Source: Macrostomum lignano
Taxonomy: Eukaryota
Direction of reading: 5' to 3'
Assembly (NCBI GenBank): GCA_002269645.1
Contig: NIVC01001339.1
Span: 1-34,089 of the forward strand
Length of the DNA: 34,089 nucleotides
The notes beneath the pieces were generated by a model that searched no databases, was not told where the DNA came from, and was given only the letters and a program-made list of their open reading frames with translations. Shown one piece after another: positions 1 through 10,379 of this stretch (positions are counted from its first letter, which is position 1; each line of letters begins with the position of its first letter). Both the position numbers and the translations under genes were made by a program.

Positions 1-177
1 AAGCACAATTCTGGACCATGCGAATGAAAAAACAAAATTTGAGGCGCTGGAAATTCGCAGTTTTTGTAGCAAAGTCACGCTTTTTAGATTTTAGTTTCAA
101 GTTTTTAAGTTACTAATTGGCCCAATTTCAAATTAAATAGTTTTTTTTTTGAAACTTTTTTGTGAGAGTTAGAGCTG

Positions 178-286
178 GAGTGAGCGAGCGAGTGAGTGAG
201 TGAGCGAGTGAGTGAGTGAGTGAGTGAGTGAGTGAGTGAGTGAGTGAGAATGAGTGAGTGAGTGTTTGAGTGAGGGGGAGTGAGTT
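178..286. repeat. (GAGT)n microsatellite
   Basis: Run of GAGT/GAGC tetramers; explains the 169..357 'HSLT' ORF. Confidence 0.95.
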
Positions 287-633
287 AGGGTGGGTGAGGG
301 AGTCGAGTTTGAAGCAAAATTCCCACCCAGGATGAACTGCACAGCTCTGTTCATCATTGCGAAAATTTACTCATACTCGAAGTCTATCGGCTGAGGAAAA
401 AAACAATATTAAACACCGCTGCATTCCTGGAATCCGAGCCCACGAGGGGATTGCGCAATAAATCTTGCATGGAGGGCGACTTGGCACTTTTTTAATTACA
501 ATAAATTCCAGTTGCTTCCAGCCTGCTCGAGTTAGCAGCCTCTCAAATATTCAGAGAGTCGGAGGTCGTCTCAGAATGCAGAAATACCACTTCCGAAAAA
601 TAAGGAAAAGGCATCAATAATAAACAGAAAAAA

Positions 634-1100
634 AGGCGCTAAAAACAACCTGAAGAGTGGCGCTTAAAACAGGCTGAAGAGTGGCGCTTAAAACAGGCTG
701 AAGAGTGGCGCTAAAAACAGACTGAAAAGTGGCGCTAAAAACAGGCTGAAGAGTGGCGCTTAAAACAGGCTGAATAGCGGCGCTAAAAACAGACTGAAAA
801 GTGGCGCTAAAAACAGGCTGAAGAGTGGCGCTTAAAACAGGCTGAATAGCGGCGCTAAAAACAGACTGAAAAGTGGCGCTAAAAACAGGCTGAAGAGTGG
901 CGCTAAAACAGGCTGAAGAGTGGCGCATAAAACAAACTGAAGAGTGGCGCTAAAAACAGACCAAGGAAGAGTTGCGCTAAAAACAGACCAAGCAAGAGTG
1001 GCGCTAAAAGACTAAGGAGTGGCGCTAAAAACAGACTAAAGAGTGGCGCTAAAAACAGACCAATGAGGAGTGGCGCTAAAAACAGACCAAGGAATGGCGC
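634..1100. repeat. 24-bp minisatellite (AAAACAGGCTGAAGAGTGGCGCTA), ~19 copies
   Basis: Tandem copies read directly; they degenerate towards the 3' end; 8-aa periodicity in ORF 614..928. Confidence 0.95.
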
Positions 1101-1680
1101 GTAATGCACGATACAGAATGTACATATTGGATATAATTTTTAGTTTCTAAAACTGCAAAGATTTCAATGCATTTCTGCAAGGCTGCAGGCAGCACAGTTT
1201 CCCATGCAGTTTCAGTTCATCATTCAGTCGAAGGTCCCCCCTATGTATGCATATGCTGTCCAATGATTTCCGCCTAGAGATTAAGAGATTAAGGGATTAA
1301 TATGTAGTTCCGAGACAGCCCGGCTTCAGACAAAGATGGCACACAACGTAGGGGACGGGAATTACTGTCTTATGTAGTGGGCGGATCGGGATCAAAGGGA
1401 TTTGTACTTTTCGGAGTGCGAATAGTCTCTTACATGGAACTGCGTAACATAATCTGCGAGTTGTTACTTATAAGATTTTGCTTTGAGATTTGAGATTATT
1501 GAATAGTACTGAAATCGATTATTTTATCGCAAACAAGCTACTGATACTACTAAAAGAATAAGCGTCAGTAGGTAATGTAGAATATTTTGTCGCTATTTTT
1601 TTGCTAAATAAGAGAATTAAAGGATAAAAATGGCAAAGACCTTGTTAGAGCGAATGACAGGAGTTAAAATTTAAATTAAA

Positions 1681-2150
1681 ATGAGAGAGAATAGAGGCAG
1701 AGATAAAGGGCGGAATAAGAGAGAATAGAGGCAGGGATAGAGTGTGGAATGAGAGAGAATAGAGGCAGGGATAGAGTGCGGAATGAGAGAGAATAGAGGC
1801 AGGGATAGAGTGCGGAATGAGAGAGAATAGAGGCAGAGATCGAGGGTGGAATGAGAGAGAATAGAGGCAGAGATAGAGGGTGGAATGAGAGAGAATAGAG
1901 GCAGGGATAGAGGGTGTAATGAGAGAGAATAGAGGCAGGGATAGAGGGTGTAATGAGAGAGAATAGAGGCAGGGATAGAGTGCGGAATGAGAGAGAATAG
2001 AGGCAGAGATAGAGTGCGGAATGAGAGAGAATAGAGGCAGAGATAGAGTGCGGAATGAGCGAGAATAGAGGCAGGGATAGAGTGCGGAATGAGAGAGAAT
2101 AGAGGCAGGGATAGAGTGCGGAATGGGAGAGAATAGAGGCAGAGATCGAG
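1681..2150. repeat. 34-bp purine-rich minisatellite (GAGAGAGAATAGAGGCAGGGATAGAGTGCGGAAT), ~14 copies
   Basis: Tandem copies read directly; 34-aa periodicity (3 units) in the minus-strand ORFs. Confidence 0.95.
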
Positions 2151-2697
2151 GATGGAAACGATAAATAACTGGGAGAATTTAGAAGCGAGGCCAAAAATGC
2201 TCAGTCGCTTGTGCGTTCGCTTAGCCCGAATATTTTCAGTTTCACAAAAAAACCCTAAAAGACAGCGCATTGAATGGCGGCCAATCGAAGCCCGGAATTT
2301 CTCGCACTATTTTATTTCAATCGTGACAATTCCCGGGTACTTGGAGTCGAATACAAAATCGGCTTGCCTCTCGCCCACCAGCCGGGTTGCCACTGTCTGC
2401 CTTATCGACCCGAAAGCAGAGCTCTCGGAGTAGACAGGTTCTGCTGGGCAGAGTGCAACTGTCTGGTAACCGGGTGGAGCAGAGTCACGCCACTCGTGAC
2501 TGCTTAGACGAGCTCAAATTGTCGGTTGGAAACGAGGAGAGGAGAAGCTTCCGTCTCTCCTCGCCCCTCCTCACCTCCGCTATTTTGTTGTTCAGGATCA
2601 GCCCCCCCCCGCATGAGCAGCCGCTGCGCTGGGAACCTATTCTGATCCAGCTGAGCTTCCTGTGTTTTTTGAGCATTTTTCACACACTGAAGCAGAA

Positions 2698-5286
2698 ATG
2701 CGGTTGCTATTAGTGCCGCTTCTGCTGCTGATGTTGCTACAGCTGTTTCATTGCTGGCAGCGGGTTTCCGGCGAAAATACGACTACAACTGGAGCAACAG
2801 CAGCTCAGCAACATCCAAGTCCGATGGAATCTCTGTCCTCAGCGTCTGCTGGCGGCGCTGCCGGGAATTCAGAGACTTCGAGTGAGTCTGCGGTGTCTGC
2901 AATATTTGCAGAACCTCACATCATATGAGTCCTGCTATCGATAGCTCTCAAATTCTGAATAAGAATTCCTAGTTCCCCAAATGTATTCACAGTTTGGATC
3001 ATCGCGTTGAGAAGAGTCTCAACAACGGTGACCTTCTCATTCGAGATCCGAGAATCGAGAATCGAATCGAGAGGCTACAAAGGGTTGTAGCCTAGTGGTC
3101 AGAGCGTCGGACTCACCACTTGAAGGTCGGGGTTCGATTCCCGATCCTACTGGAACAATTTGTGTCCTTGATCAAGACACTTACCAGTAACTCTGCATTG
3201 CTTCAGTTCACCCAGCTGTAAAATGGGTCCTTGGACTGAACAACCGTACGCAGCCTTCAGATGCGCCGCGCAATTGCTGCGGCTGAGCTGTCGGTTGCAC
3301 ATCTGCCCATTAGGGCAGGTGTAGTCAGTTATTATTTTATATTATTATTATCTCATTCAAGAAGAGTCTCAACAACGGTCATCTTCTCATTTGAGAAGAG
3401 TCTCAAAGTCTCAACAACGGTGATCTCATTTGAGAAAAGTCTCAAAGTCTCAACAACGGTGATCTCATTTGAGAAGAGTATTGAAAACATTGATCTTCTC
3501 ATTCTAAAGAGTCTCAACAACGGTGATCTTCTCATTCGAGATCGATGCTCTTCTCACCCAATCGAGTCTGCAACCTAAGATTCTCACCCAGAAAATTCGT
3601 GACCCAAGGAAACCTACCCAAACAACACTGCCATAAATAGAAACAAGTAAGCTTAAGTACAGCAGTCACCCAACCATTCATCGCTAGGCCTGGCCGGGAT
3701 CGAGTTCAACACGCCCTACTCTCACGAGATCGCAGCCCTGGCCGGCGTCCTATTCGTAGTGGCCTCGGTCGCGGTTGTTCTGGTCCTGAAATTCACGCAA
3801 CGAGCCGCCACCACCGAGCACGAGTTCAAAAGTGCCGCCACCGAGGACAGCGCTGTCGACATTGATGACAATGGATCCGAAGTTGACTACGAGGAACTCG
3901 AGACGGTAGAGCCGGGCGCCGATGACAACCAGGAGGCTGCAGGAGCCAGTGAGAGCGTCCCAATCATGCACCGCTTCATCTTCAGCAAGCCGAGCAGTAA
4001 CTACACGTACGAGAGTCTGCTGCAGACAAATACGACGCGTAGAAAGAAATCAGTTGATGAAGCTAGCCGAGATGCTGGACGCGCTGTCGCCTCGTGTCGG
4101 TTCAGCGCTCGACTCGACGAAGCCAACGGGCTGCTTTGCCTGCACAGCTTTCAACTCTCGCTACGCGCTCTCGAAGGTAAGCAGGCATTTGACGGACACG
4201 TGCAGGCTTTTCGGTGACTGTTTTTGAAGAGTTGCATAGGGGTCCGTTCTATAAAGCTAGGAGTACAGTCAAGTCCCAGGAGCCAAGAGTCTCCTGGTTC
4301 AAGAGTGACTCTAAATCTTGTCCGACAAACCACTCAAGAGCTAAACTCTAGGAGTTGCGGGTGGGTATGAAATTATTGCGCAAATACTTAGGACTGTTGG
4401 TCGATTGTGCTCTACAATTTGCACCTAAAGTTCACTTAAAGTGTGAATTCAAGAGCGAAAGGTGCATGTACAATGCAAAACCAGCAAAAATTACAATTTG
4501 TGCGTTAAAGTTGCGGAAATGAAGGCAGCCCTTTTTGGTCCCTATTCTATTTCCGTAACCAAGCAAGGAAAAGAAGCGTGGAAACTGGAAGCAAATTGTT
4601 TCCGAATGCAAAGCCTAATGTGGCTTTGACCCTGCACCTGTCGGCAAGGACTGGCGATATGTACGAGGCAAGCTGAATCGTTGTGCCTAAAATGCCAAAA
4701 AGTTCGGTGACCTTTTTATGAACTGTTTTTTCTTCCACCGCACGGGTGGAAGACTGACTTTTGAGTCTTTTACTCGTTTATATCTAGACTACGAGCGGCG
4801 CGACCTGAGCAGTTGGACCCTGGCCATAGACATTGTTGCTCAAACTGACCTCGAGTGTCGGCAGATGCGGTTACAGACCAGACTGATGCGGGCCACCTGC
4901 GACAGTTCCGGCGGCTGGGTGTCGGATGCGATAGACGATGTGCTGGCAGTTAGGGTCATTCAGGTGCGTCAAGTCATCAATTGCGCTTATTTATTGCTCG
5001 CATTGCAGCATTGAATCTTGAAGAATACACATATAGTTATGACCAATAAAATGAGCAGTTTCAGTTAACCAATCAATCTATCAATACTGACCTAATCAAT
5101 TCACTCCAGAACATCGCCATGAACCAGCCGCCCAAGGGTCGCCTACTGATTCGAGCGCTCGCTCTGCAAAGCCCAGCAGCGGCAGATTCTGCCATCGAAC
5201 CGAGGCAGAAACGGGCGGAAGCCGCGGTGTCGTCAATTCTGAAACTCGGCGGGGCGACCTTCCTGTTGGATCGGATACGCAGGTGA
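2698..5286 (+). CDS. Predicted single-pass type I membrane protein (~355 aa): signal peptide, Ser/Thr/Ala-rich ectodomain, TM helix, acidic linker, possible degenerate C2 domain
   Basis: Model join(2698-2881, 3688-4176, 4746-4963, 5110-5286), phases 1/1/0 consistent. Donors GTGAGT 2882, GTAAGC 4177, GTGCGT 4964; acceptors CTAG 3687, CCAG 5109. Signal peptide MRLLLVPLLLLMLLQLFHCW; TM IAALAGVLFVVASVAVVLVL. The exon-3 acceptor reads GG rather than AG (4744-4745), so the 3' half is less certain. Confidence 0.6.
3008..3545. repeat. 33/39-bp minisatellite (GAGAAGAGTCTCAACAACGGTGATCTTCTCATT) interrupted by a SINE
   Basis: One copy at ~3008-3042, further copies at ~3352-3545 on the other side of the SINE; lies in intron 1 of the TM gene. 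Confidence 0.8.
3082..3351 (+). mobile_element. tRNA-derived SINE with CORE(MIR)-like central domain and (TTA)n tail
   Basis: A box TAGCCTAGTGG 3088-3098; B box GGTTCGATTCC 3131-3141. The segment TGTGTCCTTGATCAAGACACTTACC...TTCAGTTCACCCAGCTGTAAAATGGG (3161-3227) resembles the MIR/CORE consensus as recalled. 3' stem-loop CTGCCC-ATTA-GGGCAG at ~3303-3318, then a TTA-rich tail. Confidence 0.8.
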
Positions 5287-6308
5287 AGTCTGCCTCAGCT
5301 GGAGGTGACACTGAGGGAAAAGTCTTGAGGTCTCCTGTTAAGTTGGACGAATCGATCAAGGACTTTCTCATGCGATTTTCTGTTCATCTAAGGACTAGAG
5401 AATCATGTATTTTGTATTTCTAAATACACCATTTCATTTTAAAGTTTTCGGTTTAACCAGAAAAACACAACTTGATACGATTCGAGCATAGTCTGCAGCT
5501 TAGCCCAGCCGTTCGTTTGTTTCTAATGAATCATTGCGTGAATTGCATCAAATGGGGTTTAACTAACGGTTCGTTATCTGACCGTAAACAAAAATCAAAT
5601 ATTAAATTGTGTTGTGACAATTCCTGGGCTAGAATCTCGCAGACTCCCTTCAGCGGGCGAGCCTGGGATCGCTTCAGTCCGCTGGGCCGGACTGAGTTCA
5701 ATAACTGAGCGTGAGATCGCATCAAGACACTGAGCCGGTCCGTCCCTAGATCTCCCACAACTTGAACGAGGGAATAAAGCAGTTCACCCGCAAATAAAGC
5801 GGATGAATCTCATACTGTTTGTCTCTGTAAAAACCGATAGCTGCGAATCACGGTGAGATCGAGGCAGAGCGGCCGAGAGGTTTCTAATATTAATGCGCTG
5901 CTCGTTTTATATTGATTCGTCGAGACAGGCTCATAAAGGCGCGCTCTCCCTTGCTCTACTCCAACTCATATTTATATTTACTACGCACAAAAGTCCAAAG
6001 CCAATTCTCGGACGCCGATTGGCCGGCACAAAGAACAAATCACAACTAGCCAGCTAGGGCAGCTCAGCCAATCACACAGAAAGGGAGGTGGGGCGGCGCG
6101 CGTAAACTTCTTAACCTTCAGACAAAGCTGGGGGTGGCGGGCGCGTGAAGAAAGGTGCACTGACGGGTGCACCCGCACTGAGGGCCGAATAGATCGCTCA
6201 ACAGTGCAAAGTGCACGCCGGCACAACAATTGTATTTTCAAGTATGTTCTCCTTTGTCATTTCACTATTCCACCACTTTGTAGCGCGTCCAACTCTCGAA
6301 ATGCCGGA

Positions 6309-7496
6309 TCAGGGAGCAATGAGCAGCAGCAGACGCATCGCCTTCAACGATCTCCATTCGCCGCTGCGCATCCAGCTCATCCAGTTTTCACCCAGGGCCT
6401 GTTCGGCAGAGTAAATCCCGTTAGGGTTAAAGAGGGTGCAAGCTTCGAACCACCAGCCGCCTTTTCCATGATACACGTTTGAGCAGGACGCTCCAACGAA
6501 CTTGTCATTGTCCTGATCCTTAGTAGAAAACATCTCTTCGTTGCTGTAGCTCAACTTGCTTTCGGGAGCGTTCGATTTTTTCCCGACAACAGGCCCGACA
6601 GTCATTGTGTAGTTGGAGCTGGCATTTCGGACGAGAAAGTTCGAGTACTCCTGATACTGCAGCACGCTGTCCTCCCAGGTTACAACTTGTACGAGAAGAG
6701 TGACTCCGTTAGCGGAAGCCGAGCTGAGCTGGTGGATTGCTTCCAGGCCTGCCGAGTGTCAAAAAGGTCCAGAAAGTTAATGCTCCAATAAGATCGAAAT
6801 AATTAATGTACTACAAGAAGCAGAGCTCACCAATCCAGTAGTTGACGTCGTCGCCAAAGCCGGTCTCGTAAGCGCTCCACGGCTGTTGGAAGTCGGTGTC
6901 GCTCACCCGCTGCTGGATGGGGCAGAACTGGCGACCGTCAGTCGTTGTCACAACTGTTCGCTTGCAGAGAGAGCCTGTCGCTGTTGAGGTTTGAATGTAC
7001 ATGTATGTAAAATTAATTCTCAGAAACTCTCGTACTAGAACATTGTATTAAATACACGCACTCTTCTTTTTGAGCTCACCTGCGCGTCTTTTGTTGTAAA
7101 CCGGGAGGCCGTCACTGTCTAGGCCTCCAGGTTCCTCATTCGACATCCGGCACTCGGAGCTGGCCGGCGAATAGCTAAATGTCCGGCAGTCGCTGCTCCT
7201 GCTGCACAGAGCGGCGCAGTGAATCTTGTTGGTGGCGACCGATCTGGTCACTCGGGCGAACTCGGTGACAGGGTTTGACGAGTTTGGTTCGAGCTCAAAC
7301 TCATGCGTCACTGGGGATTTTTTATTTCGGGGATGGTTGCGTTGAGATTATAGCTTTCAATTGTAGCTTTCTATACATGAAACTGTCGCAAAGGCAAGTA
7401 CTCACATGTTTCTGCATCAACCGCAAAGATTAGCGCCAAGATCACCGGCAGTGATAGCAGTTTGTCGAAGAAGCGAAGGTAGTATCTCGTAGTCAT
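6309..7496 (-). CDS. Secreted PAN/Apple + fibrinogen C-terminal domain (FReD/FREP-like) protein, 303 aa
   Basis: join(complement 7496-7406, 7310-7080, 6980-6831, 6748-6309) = 912 nt, all introns GT-AG and phase 1. Signal peptide (LLSLPVILALIFAVDAE); PAN-like HCAALCSRSSDCRTFSYSPASSECRMS; FReD motifs WSAYETGFGD..NYWIGLEAIHQLS, FSTKDQDND, GGWWFEAC..NPNGIY. Confidence 0.88.
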
Positions 7497-8339
7497 GTCT
7501 TTGAGAGAAAACTTCGGCAAAGTCTCCGTGCTGGGCTGGGGGTTCTCGAATCCGAAAGCGAATTTATGCTCCCAGTAGGGACCGCAGCGACAATAGCGAA
7601 ATGGAAACAATAGGGGACTTGACTCAATCAGAATAAGCAACGAAAAAAACTGGCGGAACTCTTTAATATGGAGCGGCATTTTTCTGTCTTTGAAGCATCC
7701 ATCGTTAGTCCTACATGTAAATTCTAGCTTTGGCTTCAAAGAGCTAGCTGCCGCTTAATTGTGTTTGTCTCCGAAAAATACATGAACCAAACCCACTTGG
7801 ATTGCTAAATACCCAAACAAGCTTCGAAAGTGTATGTATGGAAAGTGTGGTTAGTATATAAAACTGAATTCAGGGCTCTGCGGTAGCTCAGCAGTGGGGC
7901 TGTTCCGCTTTTATGGATACTCGAAGCCGCTTGAAGCAGTGCAACAAACAAAAACCTAATACATGTATCTACAGGCAGGATCCACGTCACATGCATGGTA
8001 AGTAATTCTTGTTTGGCATTTGGCTGGTAATGCTCGACTGCAAGAGAATAATTAGAATTAAACCGCATTGTCTGAACAAAATTTGCTAGTTACGCAGTAT
8101 TTTGCGTTGCATCGCTGCTTCAAAGGGAGACCATGCAATACTTTGTAATAAGATGATCAACGCGTGCCGACTCCAGGAATGCTCAGATCTGGGACTGATC
8201 CTCAAATTAAACATAGCTTAACCACTTCGTCTTCCCTCGAATTTTAAAACAGGAATTAAGCTTGATTCTATTTGGCCCTAGATTAAAATGGATAGATATA
8301 AGTAGCAGTATCTTAATTGATTTACTTGACTTAGCTGCA

Positions 8340-8945
8340 GGGTGGTCTGAAGACACAGCGCTCTGCAGCACAGGAGCTGATAGGAAGGACTACGTTTTGG
8401 AAGACCCTGGAGAGTCTGCCAGTGTGCTGGGCATACGTGGCAATGACGAGGCCGTCGATGCATGATGATGCAGACCCCAAAGCCGGCGTAGCCATCTTTG
8501 ATGGATCCGTCCGGTGCGTGAAACAATGGACCTCCTGGAAATTCCAGTGGTGTCAGTGGCAGCATTCCTTGAGGGGATGGTGACTTTGTAGCGCTGAAAG
8601 AGGTTGAGAGTGCGGAGTTCACCGTCGGATAAGATGTGGAGCCTGCCGCCGTCTCTTAAGTCCTTGAGGCAGAGGTGTCGGCGCGGCGTGAGGCAGGATC
8701 GAGCTTGCGCTTAGCCATGGCCCTATGGGGCAGGAAACGCGAATGCCGGCGTCAATCAGACAATTCAGACAAAGGTATCCAGCGGGGAATATGCGGCATG
8801 CACGCCCTTGCGCTCTCCTGAGAGTCTCCAGGCAGGTCTTTATCTGCAGGGCACTAGCTTAGATCAGGCCGCCGTACGAGATAGTAGGCCTAACCATTGC
8901 AGTGTAGATCCACCAGAGGCGCTTGGAGGTGCCCCCAGGTGGAGC
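8340..8945 (-). mobile_element. Decayed non-LTR retrotransposon fragment (RT thumb + RNase H; I/Loa/R1-like group)
   Basis: Minus-strand translation KRLWWIYTAMVRPTISYGGLI*ASALQIKTCLETLRRAQGRACRI matches the RT-thumb pattern, with TAA where W is expected. After frameshifts, DGSIKDGYAGFGVCI resembles the RNase H first motif. Confidence 0.75.
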
Positions 8946-10379
8946 TAAAAGTAGTGTCCCAGACAGCAGTAATTTTCTGCAACTGATTAGGTGACATTCG
9001 TGCGTAACATACGCGATAGCATACGCAGCTTTAAATTGTAAAGCATGACCGTGAACTGTCTGCACGAGCACACACGCACGTGTTATGCGGAATATAAACA
9101 ACTAAAAAATAACAGTGTTCACACAAGTCAGTTTAAAATGTAATCTAGGCTCTGCTCTAACTCAGTCAGTGCTGTGATGCCTGTAGGCTCTATTTGAAAC
9201 TTACACAATAATGATCTATTTATATGTATACAGCAGGCCTGCATGGCATCATGCCATCATGCTGCATCCTCATAATTAACTTCTGCAGATTCCTGAATTT
9301 TTTTAGTTTAAATTTTATCTTGTTCAGACTTACTTGATTCGATCTTAGATAATCGAATAGGCCTATTTCAGAATGGCTAGGGCCTAGTGAGCTTATTGTG
9401 CAACTGAGCTAAGACAAGCCTGCCTATTTTGTCAATTTTCAGTCAACACTCAACAGTACCTGGTCTACCAAGTCAAGACTAAGGAATATGCAATGTAATA
9501 GACACTAGATTAGTGGGCCTAACTATAATAATAAAATTATAATATACCATTCCCATTATAAATTAACTTGTAATAACTCATAATGTATATATTGTACTAG
9601 ATTAAATAAGCAACATGTTTTAGGCCAACATGTTTCTAGATAGCTAAATTAAGATAGGCCTATGTCTATGGCCCCATGCCCTATAGTATTATATAATATT
9701 ACTATTGAACATGAAATTATATTGCCATATTAATCTTGTTGTTCTAAATTTTGCACAATAACTATATTTATAATTTATTACACTTGGAATATTTTATGCT
9801 TTTTAATAAATATAGACCTAATTATATCTATAATCCACTTTTAAACAATTGTTTATGCAATTTTCACAGGTAAATACCTTATTGTATACTTTATTGTATT
9901 AAACTTTATTGATACCTATTAAAATATAGAGAATAAATAATTTATATTAAATCTAGGATAGGGCCTAGCCTAGGTAGGTAGAAGGTAGACTAGCTAAGGC
10001 CTAATATTTGCTTAGGCCTAGTCTCAAAACCTTCAAGTTTTAGACATACTAGGTCTATTAAAACAAATAGGGGTTTATATTGATTATATCATATATAGAT
10101 TATAGATAAGAAAAGTAATTAAATTGATAAAGTTTGTATTATATCTAAACATGTTTAAAACTATCAACTTGAAAAATTATAAGTTAAGAGACTGAAAATT
10201 ATGTTTCCATGATCTTATACACCTGGGATTGAAGGTTTTTCTATATATCTGATATATTTAATAGGTAATCCACATAGTTTTAGATTTGCTCTAGTAGTAT
10301 CAGACATGAATCTATCATTAAGCCTATATATGGGTATATAATAATCTTTTAACTAATATTTTTATTTTATCTATTACAG

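Noticed and set aside
169-2270. ORFs at 169-357, 614-928, 903-1109, 1671-2270, 1676-2194
   Set aside because: All derive from micro/minisatellites.
3082-3150. Functional tRNA gene
   Set aside because: A and B boxes are present, but there is no convincing acceptor or anticodon stem and it continues into a SINE body and tail.
2323-5628. GTGACAATTCC(C/T)GGG at 2323 and 5614 flanking the TM gene, as possible element ends
   Set aside because: Direct orientation, no extended similarity and no TSD; a 14/15 match is expected by chance among ~10 kb of unique sequence.
5614-5810. Possible solo LTR (TGTGAC start, two AATAAA)
   Set aside because: No second copy, terminal inverted dinucleotides, TSD or PBS could be defined; the AATAAA sites are equally explained as the TM gene's polyadenylation signals.
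7497-7739. N-terminal extension of the FReD ORF from 7739
   Set aside because: The signal peptide begins right after ATG 7496, which is preceded by an acceptor-like site; the upstream translation has no recognisable features.
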